Positions 1 through 12,912 of a stretch of 64,000 nt of DNA are shown piece by piece. Every line of letters begins with the position of its first letter. Positions within the stretch are counted from its first letter, which is position 1. The DNA is from Selaginella moellendorffii (lineage: Eukaryota > Plantae > Lycopodiophyta). The stretch covers positions 129,261 through 193,260 of the forward strand of contig NW_003314312.1 of assembly GCF_000143415.4 (NCBI RefSeq), in the 5' to 3' direction. The notes below the pieces were generated by a model. The model saw only the letters and a list, made by a program, of their open reading frames with translations, had not been told where the DNA came from and searched no databases. The position numbers were made by a program, and so were the translations under genes.

Positions 1-110
1 TTAACACTTGAGGTATGTTAATGGTGGAGTGCTCTGTGACAATATTGCATGTTATGGAACATAACAAGTGGCTTCAAGTTTTGTGATGAAGTCACTTAGG
101 AGATGGATGG

Positions 111-1834
111 TGTAAGTGACTAATTTTTTTCATTATACTTTAGTCACTTAACCATACCTCTAACCACTTAGAGGAGTCTTATTCACAACCTCCATAAGTT
201 TAATTTCAAACTTAGGGCTTGCTCACCCCGAGAAGGGCATCCATGCCCCTCAACCTTTGCACTTGGTCCAAGTGCTCCACGTGTCTAATCCCATGATTGA
301 CACTCCAAGGTACCACTAACATACCAGCCCGTTATGTTAGGCCATGCCCTTTCACCTTGGTCACATCGGTAGTTCAACACCACCTACATTGCAATCCCGT
401 CTCTCCAAGACTGGGCCATCTGTCCATGAGTGGTCATCCCAGATCCACTCCTTAGCATCCTTAGGATGCCCGTAGACATGGGGAATAGCCTTCCCCAATA
501 TCTCCTTTCCAGTCCTCACCAAGTCCCTTTTTGTCTATGGCTGTGTTCACTAACACTGCCACTAGATCAAGGCTCGCAAGCTTGACCTCTAAATCCCTCA
601 ATCCTTTGGGACTTCCTCATCATGTGACCATATCCTTGGTCACTGCACTAGAGGACTACTCCTCTTCCCTTTCACCGTTTAGGACTTTGGGACAACATTT
701 CGGAACACCGTGGCCTTACACAAGCCTCATGGGTACTCTCCCCACCTCTCGCCTTTTGGTGCTCTAGCCATGGGCTTAGAGCGAGGTTCCGTTGAGCCAC
801 ACCAGGTATCTAAGTAGGTAGTGCCACCCACACTTGGACTGGGAGCATCGGCCAGTCGATCTCCCGGAGGAACTAGAGCCGGCTCTTGAACACTTCACCA
901 AGCTACCCCGCTTGTCGGTCCGTATTCACTTTAGTCTTGGACTTCCCAGTGGGCAGCTCATCACCCGACACTAGGTCCGGCCTTCCTGGCCCAAACTGGC
1001 TCCACTGCAGTCCTCCCCCTACTATACTTTTGGAGCTCACCAAACCCCCTAGGGTCTGGGAGACGAACGCTTTGGGCTTTCACCCTCTCAGACTCGAACT
1101 CAGACTCGGACTCAGACTCGGACTCGGACTTGGACTCGGACTCGGACTCGAACTTAGACTCGGACTTGGACTCAAACTCGGACTCGGTCTCGGCCTCGGC
1201 CTCGGTCCCGATCTCGGTCTTGGTCTCGGTCTCGGTCTCGGTCTCGACCTCGGAGTCCATCTCAGGTCCTTCTCGGACTCCATCTCGGATTCCATCTCGG
1301 GTCCATCTCGGACTCCATCTCGGTCCATCTCGGACTCCATCTCGGACTCCATCTCGGGTCCGTCTCGGACTCAATCTTGGATCCATCTCGGGTCCATCTC
1401 GTGTGCATCTCGGACTCCACCTCGGACTCCATCTCGGACTTCGTCTCGGACTCCATCTTGGACTCCATCTTGGGTCCATCTCGGACTCCACCTCGGACTC
1501 CATCTTGGGTCCTTCTCGGGTCCACCTCGGACTCCATCTCGGGTCCTTCTTGGACTCCACTTCGAACTCCATTTCGGACTTCAACTCGGGTCCATCTTGG
1601 ACACTTCCACATGTCATGTGTTGGTCCTTTTTGGGTCCCTTTTTGGAGCCTCGCTTATTGCTTGCTTTGTGCTCATTCTTCAAGCACTTTGTTGAGAGTT
1701 CCACTCCCGCTCTTAACCTTTCAAGTCGGAGCTTTTAGTCCAAACATGTTACACTCATTTGGCTTTCGCTTAAACCACTACCACATGACACCCTTCCAGC
1801 TCCACTTTAGGGCCTAGGGATTTTGTGTCTTACA
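111..1834 (-). mobile_element. Solo LTR (~1.72 kb) of LARD-like LTR family C
   Basis: Termini are TGTAAG(111)...CTTACA(1834), with a perfect 5-bp TSD GATGG at 106-110 and 1835-1839. It is homologous along its length to the LTRs at 18832-20637, 24685-25671, 14782-16327 and 26450-27841. Orientation comes from the PBS/PPT of the full-length copies. Confidence 0.93.
1089..1600. repeat. LTR-internal minisatellite: (GACTCG)n/(GTCTCG)n hexamers followed by 10-12-bp GGACTCCATCTC / GGTCCATCTC units
   Basis: The tandem units are directly visible. They generate the low-complexity ES/LG/SD/RP ORFs in all frames. Confidence 0.9.
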
Positions 1835-2255
1835 GATGGCTCATGGGCAGCATTGGGCATTCTTGTTCATAGTTTCACTAATATCTTTAAGAGTGTGTTT
1901 TTTATGTTGTTTTAGTTTCTATAGGACATTGAGGAATGTACATACACATTCATCTTTCTAGTGGCATTTATTTTACACAACTCACTAGAAAGTGAAATCT
2001 TGGGTTGTGCTAATCATACCCCACACCATCTTTTATGAATCCACCCCAAAACAAAAATTTAGATGGTGACAATCAAGTGCAAGATACCTACCCTTCAAGG
2101 GCATCTTGTGGAATCTAACAACTTCCACAAACGATTTGCTGGGCTCAAGATTGTGACTTTGTGGTAAAAAGCATAGTAAATCTTCCACCAGCTTTTGAAA
2201 GGACATAATACTGGCACTGGGAATCTTGTCCCGTCAAATGTAGGTCTTTGATTCC

Positions 2256-3826
2256 ATGCCAGATCAGAGCCTAGCATCCTGGAATTCCTTGCTGGCAAAC
2301 ATGGCATCTTGTTCCTCTTTCAATGACACAAAGAGGGTGTTTGATTCCATGAAGAGAAGGAATCTTTTCTCTTGGACGGTGATGCTAATGGGATATGCCC
2401 GAACTGGGGATCTGGAGGGCATGAACGCTTTGTTTGGTGCTATGCCCGAGAGGAATCTGATGTCGTGGACGGTCGCGATTAGTGGGTTTGGTTCCAACGG
2501 CAAGATCCAGCAAGCAAAGAGTCTGTTCGACTCGATGCTAGAGTGGAATCTTGTCGCCATGAATGCGATGCTCGCGGCATTTGTCCAGGAGGGCTATCTC
2601 CAAGAGGCCAAATCCTTTTTCGATTGGATGCCTGAGACGAATCTAATTTCCTCGACAACGTTGCTGCGAGCTTACACTCAGGAATCACAAATCCTCGAGG
2701 CAAAGCGCTTGTTTGATTCAATGCCGGAGAAGAATCTCGTCACCTGGACGACGATGGTAGCGGCATTTGGCCAGGATCCTCTTCTTCTGAGTGAAACGAG
2801 AGATCTCCTTGATCGGATGCCGGAGCACAACATTGTATCACGGACAGTGATGCTGATGTCATACGGTCGCGCTGGCCACGTCACTCAAGCACAAGGCATC
2901 TTTCATCAAATGCCTGGACGAGACCTGACAGCGTGGAATGCCATGCTGGTAGCATTTGCCCAAGATGGGCAAATCTTACACGTAATTAACTTGTTTGGGC
3001 AAATGCCTGTGCATGACGTAGGATCCATGTCAATCATGGTAGACACGCTGGCACGGTGTGGGAAGCTTGAGGAAGCAAAAGAAATATTTGATCATGTCCG
3101 CGGCTGGTGCATCTCCTCTTGGACGTCGATGATCTTTGCATATACCTCGTTCGGGTATTTTGAAGAAGCAGAGGCTTTATTTTATACAATGCCTGAAGTA
3201 GATACCACGCGTTTATCTTGTCTTTAGCACTCAATCGTAAACTTGCTAGTGCAGTTGGTGTTTTTCACAGGGCTAACCAGAGAGATGTAACAACCTGGAA
3301 CACCGTTCTTTCTGCATTTGCCCGTGATGGAAATCTGCAAGAAGCTGAAAAAGTCTTCCAATCGATGCCGGAGCGCGATCTCGTGGGCTGGAATTCAGTG
3401 CTGGTGGCATATGCGGGGCAAGGCAAGCCAGCCCAAGCGATCGGATTCTTCTACGAGCTTCAGCAACAGTGGATTCCCAGCGCAATCAGCGTTGTTTGCT
3501 TCTTGGTTGCCTGTGGCCGGGTGGGGAACTGCGCACTGGGCATCTCTTGCTTCAGATCCATGACACGGGACTTCGGATTGGAGGCAACCAAGCAGCACTA
3601 CAGCTGCGTGATCGATCTCCTGTGCCGGGCAGTCGTTTTGGCGAATGGCCAAGCCGTGATTGCTGAAATGCCCAGTGTTCCTGATCTTGTCGATTGGCAT
3701 TGCGTGCTCGCGTTTTGTTCCAGTGACAAAAACGTTGAACAAGGAAGAGTGTGTGCCATGTCTGTTCTTGAGATGGAACCAGACAACGCTGCTGCTTACG
3801 TCTCGTTGTCACAAACATTGATCTAA
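2256..3826 (+). pseudogene. PLS-class PPR gene copy, frameshifted
   Basis: Near-identical to 36394-37974 but lacks 10 bp (ATAGCCCAAA) after GATACC at ~3206. This splits it into ORFs 2256-3227 and 3218-3826. Confidence 0.88.
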
Positions 3827-3899
3827 AACTCCCGCCAAGATTTAAACTTTTGGCTGACGTGGCGCTCATTTATTGGTGGAAGGAACCCTAGAAAGGGAT

Positions 3900-5793
3900 C
3901 ACTGGAATTCGCGGCCGGATGTGCGCAAGATCCCAGGAGCAGCAAGGAGAAGGAGCAAGAACAGTCTCCTCCTTCCTCCATGGCCGTCAACAATGCGTTG
4001 CTGGAAAAGGTGTTGTCGTCATCTTCTTCGTCGGCTTCCGGTGGTGGTGGGAATGACAGCCGGGGAAAGCTCCGGGGGCATGATTCCTGTGGAGCCACCG
4101 TCACCTCCCATTCCACCAGACACCCACGTCACGCGCTCACACAAGAAATCGTCCAAGCACAACTCTGGACCGAGCAACTCGCTGGGTGGCACGAGTGGTT
4201 CCAATCTCGGGAGGAATTTGCCTTCTCCTCGTGAGATCTCCGAGGAGCTTGACAAGTTCGTCATCGGCCAGGACCGAGCCAAAAAGGTGTGATGGTGCTC
4301 GTGTTCTTGCTTTTATCTTACGTTTGGTTGTTCTTCTCTTCCAGGTGTTGTCTGTGGCAGTCTATAATCACTACAAACGGATTCACTTTGAGAGTTTAAG
4401 AAATGAAGCTGCCAAAGCCGCTTCTATGGGAGAGTACGCAATGTTTTTTCTATTCCTATACCAACAAGTGCTTGCATCGTTTTTCAGATCAGAGGAATTT
4501 GATGAGAGCGTAGCGTCAAATGCCAATGCGTCTGGAGACGATGAAGTTGAGCTTGAGAAGAGCAATGGGCTGTTGCTCGGTCCTACTGGCTCTGGTACCG
4601 ATGCTTTACACAAGATTCCATGCAAGCTCACCTTGATTTTTTGCAGGGAAGACATTGTTAGCTAAGTGCTTGGCAAAGTTTGTGAATGTTCCCTTCATAA
4701 TTGCAGATGCTACGACGCTCACACAGGCAAGATTCAATCAACAAATTTTCTAAGATGCAAGTAAGGAAATTTTGTTTGAGCTTGCTTCATTTATAAAGTA
4801 TTGGCTCCTTAGGCAGGATATGTTGGAGAAGACGTGGAACCTATCCTTCATAAACTTCTTGTGGTATGTTTGGGGTACTGTTCCACCAAACCTGGTCGTA
4901 AGCTCTTTGTCTTTCACTAGGCGGCCGAGTTCAACGTAAATGCAGCTCAGCAAGGATTCGTCTACACTGACGAAGTCGACAAAATTACCAAAAAGGTATG
5001 ATCAAAATCCATTTTTCTTTCTTTCTTTCGGCCTGACTTTTCTCCAGTGCAGTCAGAAAGCCTCAACATTGGAAGGGACGTGAGCGGTGAAGGTGTTCAA
5101 CAAGCACTGCTCAAAATTTTGGAAGGAACTGTAAGGAGCTGAAATTCTATTCTCATTGCAAAGGCTTCTGGGGTAATCAACTCGTTCAGTGAGTGTGTAC
5201 AGATTGTTAACGTCCCTGAGAAAGGAGCTAGAAAGCATCATCTTAGCGATCACACCCAGCTTTGCTGTGGGGTTCTATCTTTCAACTTTGATTTATTTAA
5301 CCATGCCTACTTTCAGATTGATACGAAAGAAATCCTTTTTATATTGCGGGGGAGTTTTCGTGGATCTGAAGAAAACGATTGCAGAGAGGTTAGTGGTTGC
5401 AAAGATTTTAGTTATCGTTTTTATCTAAAGCAATATCCTAGGAGACAAGATTCGTCTATCGGTTTTGGGGCACCAGTTAAGAAACAACGGTGGTACAACG
5501 AGTGCGACGGTTGCTTCATCTTCGCTTGAAAAGGTTTGGTCCACTTTACGGCTTTAAAATTAAGAGATCTCTCTTTTCTCTTGAGTAGGTCGAGAGCAGT
5601 GATCTCATTTCATATGGATTGATACCAGAGTTTATTGGATGCTTTCCAGTGATTGTGAGCCTTTCTGCTTTGAACGAGGATCAAATGACTTATATTTTAC
5701 AGCATAACCTTTGCAAGCGGGCAGGTTCTCATGACGCGTAAGAACGCATTACACCAAGCTCTTTGCAGTGAACGACGTAAGAGATGTCTCAAA
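3900..5793 (+). pseudogene. CLPX: ClpX (Clp protease ATP-binding subunit) pseudogene, 5'- and 3'-truncated
   Basis: Retains [18 protein letters not shown] and [14 protein letters not shown] exons. Relative to 38175-41112 it lacks ~490 bp including the start codon, has further small deletions, changes VYIDEVD to VYTDEVD, and lacks the last exons. Confidence 0.87.
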
Positions 5794-8733
5794 ACCAACT
5801 CAAGATTGATCATGGCTTATTCCAATTGGAATCAAGATGAGAGCTCTTTCACTTTGTTCGTTTATCAGCACTCATCATCTCATTCTTTTGATCGATCGCG
5901 CGATCAAAAAGGGAATTTTGGAATTCTGGAACTCAAATCTGGGAGTGAAATTGCGATCAATGCAGGCTGTTCTATGTGCGCTAAGTAGCGGCGAGAAAAC
6001 CCACGAGCGCGATTTTGCTAAGCAAATCCCAGGATCACGTAAAAAGCACCAAGAACACCGGGCATTCAAATGGAGGGAGGAGGAATTCTCTTACCTGGAC
6101 GATTCGGTGAGCTCGATGGTAGGACGTGCAAGCGGAGCAGAGTGGATTCTTGGCGAGGCAAACACAAGACCTGGCTCTCAGGGCGATCGAAGCGATTCGA
6201 ATTCCAGCGATCAAAAGAGATGGATCGATCGATGGACGGGGAAAGAAGAGGAAGAAGGCAAACGTTTAATAACAAGATTGATAGAAATTAACATCACACA
6301 AGACACACCCACACAGCACACACATTACATTGCATCAAGGCGGCTTGGGGCCGCCGATGCCGTCCATTCGTTTCATCCGACGGCCGCCAACTCCTCGGAA
6401 TTCCCTTCCTCAGAAACACCGTCGGATTCTAGCGGCCATCCAACGGCCCAATGGCCGTCCAATGCCGCATGCTTTTCCCTAACCTAAATATAGAGTAATT
6501 GGATTTCTTCACATAAAATATGGAAATGGAATACAAAAATATACATATAAATTAACCTAAAAACCTTAGTTTATATATAGGAATAGTTTAGATTAAAACC
6601 AATTTAATGGTTATTAAAATTGCACTATACAAATATTAGTATATATTATCGTAGTTGTACAATTGGATTTCACATCATCCTTTTTTCTCAAAATGATGAA
6701 AAACTGTCAATATTCTCTCATAAATGAGCCAAGATTTAAAAGAACATTAAAAGGAGGTATCAATGGATCTATAAGTGGTGTCAGTTATTCATAATCCCTT
6801 TGTATAAAATGTTTCAACTGTTGTATATACACAATTTATGAAAGATCTATTTGTTAGATGTCATGCCAAACCTCATAAACTTGCAGTCCCACTTGCCGCA
6901 ACACCTGATATAGTCCTTTCTACTGAGCAAAAAGTCCCTTAAATAAACTATATACCATAAAATTGGGAAAATAGATTAACATCAAGTCATTTATTCTATA
7001 TTTTGTAGATAGATAATGATGGGAGTTATATCATTATTCTTGTCCCACTTATACGTGATTTAAGTGTTCGGTAAACTCAAGTGGAAGAATGCTCATCAAA
7101 TACTAATCCCACGATCTAATATCAGTAACTCATGGCAATTGCAAAGGTAAACCTAACTTTGTTAGTAATATTGGATCATAATCATATAGAAGTTTATATG
7201 GTGAAAACTTGCATCCTTATGATATACATATATTAAAGAGATGGCAAATAACTATTCTAATCTGAATGTTGAAAGTTCATATACTTCACAATCATTCTTT
7301 TGAAGGTTCGAACAAGCCGTTCTACCAAATTGTCTGACTATGGATGAGAAACACTCGTGAAAGTGTGGTGTATCCCAAATTGAGACATCAAAATATGAAA
7401 TACCTTAGTTATAAATGCGGGACCATTATCTGAAAAAATTCACTCTGAATAGGATTGTTGGAACACCACTCTATTGAGGAGGAAGTATCCAACAACAATT
7501 GTAGATACGCTAGCAAAAGCACTGACTTCCACCCAGCAAGTTAAGTAATTAGAAGAAATAATAATATACTTATTGCCAATAATTGATCGTGGAAAAGGTC
7601 TTATCAAATTAAACGCCACCAATTCAAATGGATGGGAAACTGTAATTGACTCTAACTGTCCTTGTGCAGCATGAGGGGAAGTATTATGAGCTTGGCACCA
7701 AACACAGCTACACACATATTAAATAACATCACATCGCATCTCCAGCTAATAAAAAGACTTGCGCAACTTCACGGTCACACGATGATGTCCTATATGCCCA
7801 CCTAGAATAGGGGAATTATGGCAGGTATAGAGAAAGCATGGAATAAAGATGGAAAACACCACAAGACATAAATGATCATTAAGATTCATCCCTAGAAAAT
7901 AAAGAAAATTGTCTTTAAGGCAATATTGAGAATGTAAATGCCAAAATGGCAAGTTATCAACAAGTGATGTAGGATTCTCAAACCTATCGTGAAGTTTTTG
8001 AATCCACTGCCCAATTTTTTTAGCCTCATGAACCTTGTCAAGAAAAGGTAAATCATGCTCTGCACCTTATGGACACTGAACATCAAATACAACAATTGCT
8101 AATAGCACAAAATCCTTATCTTAAAAATCCACAGATGCTAGAACAATAGACTTCTCAGAAACATGAGAAAAGAGTGAAGAAGGAAAAAGAGCTCGAGAAA
8201 GAGCATCAACATCAGCTATATAACTCCCTAAGCAATGAACAACATCAAAATCATATATCAAAAGGTTTAAAACCCACCGAATAGTATGATTAACCAAGTT
8301 CTTCTGTTTTAATAATGAAGTAATTGTAGTATGATCACCTTGTAATAATGTCGAAGAACCATGTAGATATACATAAAGTTTCTCAAAACTTTAAACTATT
8401 GCTAAACACTTCTTCTTTGTCATAGAGTAGTTCACCTCCGCTAGTTGTAATATTCGGTTATAATAGAATAGCACTGACAAAGCACACTTGGGCTTTCTTG
8501 CATCAACACACTTCCAAGACTATCCATATGCAAAATGAAAGGCTGAGTGTAGTCAAGATATGCTAAAACTAAAGGAATCATCAATAACTTTTTGAAATCT
8601 ATAAATGCTCAGTCACGGTCCATAGACCAAATGAAAGATGACATTGACAACTTCAACAATGCTCGCAATGGTGCAATGCAATCAAAAAGATAATCAATAA
8701 AACGACTAAAATATTGCACCTTGCTCAAGAAGC

Positions 8734-9026
8734 TGTAAACTTTTGAGTTTAAACTTCTCAAAAGGTCACTCAACCTAATACTATTTAAACCCAAGGACAC
8801 TTAACCCAAGACTCTTGACATATTGGAAAAAGGGGTGCATTTTTATTCATGGACCTTTCCCCTTTTTATTTGAACCCTAGAAAAGGGGGTGCACTTTTAT
8901 TCATGGACCTTTCCCCTTTTTATTTGAACCCTGGAAAAGGGGGTGCACTTTTATTCATGGACCTTTCCTCTTTTTATTTGAACCCTTATGGATCATCTCT
9001 TGAGTTATTCTGTTTAATTACTTATA
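8734..9026 (-). mobile_element. 5S-related mini LTR (Cassandra/TRIM-like solo element), degenerate copy with internal 3x54-bp tandem repeat
   Basis: Termini TGTAAA...CTTATA and 5-bp TSD GAAGC (8729-8733 / 9027-9031). Homologous to 18975-19107 and 35335-35527. Inserted in gypsy pol. Confidence 0.8.
8826..8985. repeat. Three tandem 54-bp units (GAAAAGGGGGTGCACTTTTATTCATGGACCTTTCCCCTTTTTATTTGAACCCT-like)
   Basis: Directly visible, and seen as the 18-aa periodicity MDLSPFYLNP.. in ORF 8849-9061. Confidence 0.9.
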
Positions 9027-9959
9027 GAAGCGTTACATATCATTCACACATTTTAGGGTAAGGAACTTTAGAATAGTTACAAGTTTGTCAGGATCAACTT
9101 GCAAACTCTTACGAGAAATATGGTACCGAAGATAAGTTATATCCTTAGATCCAAACATGCATTTCAACCACTACAGCTTTAAATCAACTTTCCGTAGCCA
9201 ATCTAACACCTTACAAATACCATGGACATGTTCTTCCCATGAATATTCTCATCAGACTAGGTTGCAAGATGGGGTTTACACACCCAAGGACTCTGTGACT
9301 TTCGAATAACATTATTTTCCAACATTTCCTGATGTTTACACTTAAAATCTTAATCTCTTTGGGTGTTGTGAATGTGACTGCAAGTATTGAAAGTTACTTT
9401 TCAACTAATCCTTTCAGATATTCTTTCCTTACTATCACAACGGTAGAAAGTCAGTATTGCTATACCCTTTATTAGTCCCTTTTGTGCTAATGGAGTTAAG
9501 TAAGCATTTCGAGTGTACTTAGACTGGACAAGTATAAGGATGGAATTCTTACATGCTATTAATTAAGCATACTTAGCCTGGTAAGGAGTTCCCGTCTCAT
9601 TGTGTTTTGCACTAGTTAGTGACAAGAATCCTTGTGTAATGAGACTAGTCCCTCAGTATTGTCAAATGATAGCTTACCATGCCTAGCGAACACCTTTGCT
9701 ATCATGCCCTTTGTGTTAGTCTCATTTTGATCCCAAATGCTATTTATGGAAAGTATCTAAATTTACTAATTTGGCATATCTACAAAATATAGAGATTGTT
9801 CTGAACACAATGGTGTTCATCCTGTGTCCAGATTCTCAATCTAGCACCATTTTACATTTAATAAGTTTCAAATTAGTCCCAAAGACTAATTCTTTGTACT
9901 AAAGATGGCTAAGGGTGAAAGCCCAAAGTGTGTGTTCCTCTAGGGGGGGATAGCACAAG

Positions 9960-12912
9960 AAGGCATTGGACTTCAACCTAGGCATAGAAGGGAGGCTCTA
10001 GTGGAATCTAGCCACATAAGTGAGAGTATGTTACGGAGGAGGTATAATGATCATTATCTCTTCCAAGTGGTTAGTGCAAGTATGTGCGTAAGGTGTTGGT
10101 CCCTAGGAAAGCATAGCTGTTGGTCATGCACCTACACTTTAGGCGAGTCAGAATTGTCGATGTTTATGCACCCACTCAACGAAGGGAGCGTGCACAAATA
10201 TGGGCAAAAATTTAGTAGAGCACTCAAAGAGTGGTGGATGAGTGGCTCATGGTAAGAGATTTCAACATGGTTGAGGATTTGAGTGATTGTCAAGGCTCAT
10301 TGGGACCCATTCAAGGGCAAAAAAAGAAGAGCTGGATAGGACCAGTGGAAGCCTTGGGAATACTAGACCTCCAATATGTGGAGGGCTTCACTATTCATTC
10401 CCACCCATTCACAAGATGGCAATCAACAAGGAGCCAAGCATACCTAGACAGGATTTATGCCTCCACCAGGCTGTGACAAGATGGAGGGGGGCTCAAAAAA
10501 TGGCTTACATTTGCCACCTTTTCAAACCACGACCCACTCTAGGGCATCCTTAAGCTACAGGCTAAGAAGGGAATGACAGTGCAACAGAGGATCACCAAAG
10601 TTACATTGGCTGACCAAGTAATGTTAGAGCTCATTCGAGAAGCACTAGACGAGTGTAAAGGGGAACTTGTTTTGGCCTTGAGTACTTGCTCCACTAAACT
10701 TCGGGAAAGGTAAACAACGCTTAAGGGAGAAGTCTTGAAGGAGGTGAGGTTAGTGAGGCAAAAGGTGGTGGTAGCCCAAATAATGGTATTGAATATGAAC
10801 GACATGGACAAATGGATAGCAACATTGGACGAGAGGGAAGTTAAATTGTGAGATAAGGAATATATAGTATGGAGGACAGATGGGTGATGAATAAGAGACT
10901 CCTCAATAAATCTTTCTACAAGGGGATCCATCTAGTCACCGACACTCCCCTAATCCTAGGACAGCATGGCCACAGATCCTAGGGGGGCTTGGGATCATAG
11001 ACCCCAACGACATGGCAAAAGCACTAAGATATAAAATCATTCTCATGGCTTGCAACTAGAGAGACAGCCATGGTAGCTAATGTTTCGATAAAGTTTCATA
11101 GCAATACTCCCCAAGCACAATGTGGCCAAACTTTGGCAGAAAGACCCTTGGTGGCTCTTTACAAATGGGCCAACTCAAGTAGTGAAAGGGGGCAACATCA
11201 TCCAAAGTATACACAGACTATGGAGAGCTTTTCCACTTTAACAGATGTTGTTGAGTAGAGTCAAGGGGTGGCTCAACTAGCCCTTGTTCATGAATGTAGT
11301 GTTCCAAATGAGAGACGTCACACTAGGTCGGGAGACACACCACACAATCTAGAGAAAAATGCATTCAAATGGTTTTTGGACCATAAAGAAATTGGTTGGA
11401 GTGATCGACAAGGATTGGTGGTGAATAGAGAAGAAGACACAAGTGTTTGGACCGTGGAGGTGGCACAACATCCAACTAGACATTCTGCTACTCCTTCAAG
11501 TCATGAATAGCACTAAAGGAGGGACAAAGTGGCCAAGGAGATGCCTCAAAGCAAGAGACTTTGTAGCAATCCAACGACAAATGGAGTGGGACAAATAGGA
11601 TGTAGTGCGTCATCCATTGGGGACATAGACACAAGCATTCATAGCACCTAAACTAGTGTGGGTAGAAGGGGATGTTGAGGTGTGGTTCATTGCTTCACTG
11701 GAGTACAATACAGGATGACTTTTTTATGTTACTAGAGGAGATACACTTTTCCTAATAGGTGAGACACAAATGATGCCAAAAGTCACTAATGATAAGGTAT
11801 GTGGGAGGATCCAAGTTTTTAGGTAGATGCCCAAGAGGCTGGACATGGTGGAGTTAGAGGGCTTACTAGAGGGTGCTGGAACATTGCTATGGTGACACCA
11901 ATAGATGATAGAAGATCTGGACTAGGACCCTACTGCATGGTGACGAGGGGTGAAAAGCTTCATCTCCTATGAGGTCAAGAAAGCATGTAAAGGATTACTG
12001 ACATCTAGAGAGGAGGCATGGGAGGAGATTCTGAGGCTGTGTAGCTTTTACAAGTGAATTGTGTTGTTCACCATCTGCTCCACATGTGCAGGAGAAAGTG
12101 AAAGTCACCTCATGGTTGGCAGCCGATAACAGTCTCCCGGTCAAACTGTGCTTTCAAGATGATGCGAGTTGCAAGTGCAAGATCAAGATGGTCATGCATG
12201 CACTATGGGAGTGCGATATTGCAAAGGAGGTATGGCAACAAATCATCAAGGCAGTGAAGGAGTTGGGAGTTACACAAGAGTTTGGGGCTTGCAGTGGGGA
12301 CGTTCTCCACTAATTTGAGGGAGCAAGAGGTCTTACGCAGGGCCTGGCCCTGTGACACATCAAGTGTAAAGGCCGACATGGCTAGGGGATCTAGGTCCAC
12401 TAGGATGTGATTGGGATGGAGATAGGAGTTCTCATGTGGGAAGCTCTTGGCCATGCTCAATGGGTAGTATGGCTAGCAATGGGGGTCCAAGCCTTGTGGG
12501 AAGCACATAATTGGGCATGCTTTGATGGGATACAGGTCAAAGAATCAAAGTGATGGTAGAGTGGTGGAGACTTACACTAGCAATGGTACAGCTCCACTAC
12601 ACTATCCTCCAAGACAAGGGAAAGCCAAATCGGCTAGAGGAGTGGCAGAGAACATGGTTACCATATTTTGGTGATAGCGACCAGAAAGGAGTTTGATGGA
12701 GATGGCACCCCAGAATTAATCTTGCGGTCCGCACAAAGGGGGGACTTGGACTTGGATGTGGTATGATGGTGGCAACTGCAACTGCTTCTACTTTAGACTT
12801 AGTGTCACTTAGAATGAGGGAGAGCGCCACTAGGTAGTGTGAGTTTAAGGCGGCACACCCAATTTTTGTATTATTCCCTATGTGATATTGGGGAATGTAC
12901 ATACACGTTTCA
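9960..12912 (+). mobile_element. Degenerate L1-type LINE fragment
   Basis: APE-endonuclease-like motifs DFN (MVRDFNMVE), YLDRIY and SNHDPL at ~10250-10540. A zf-RVT-like segment (WLAADNSLPV..C..C..HALWECDIAKEVW) at 12059-12313. No intact RT. Boundaries are approximate. Confidence 0.65.

Larger units (their letters stand above)
1897..5793 (+). repeat. Segmental duplication, copy 1 (paralogous to ~36057-40600)
   Basis: Near-identical to 36057-40600, including upstream non-coding DNA, the PPR ORF and ClpX exons and introns. Similarity ends at GAGATGTCTCAAAA (~5793). Confidence 0.92.

Noticed and set aside
5837-6487. 216-aa plus-strand ORF
   Set aside because: It has no motifs, and the sequence reads better as a minus-strand UTR/intron/promoter.
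8826-8985. CRISPR-like array
   Set aside because: The units are contiguous with no unique spacers, in a eukaryotic TE context.
9367-9960. Separate element between gypsy RT and the LINE, with an LTR-like motif AAGGGTGAAAGCCCAAAG at ~9911
   Set aside because: No termini or TSD could be defined, so it is too fragmentary to call.
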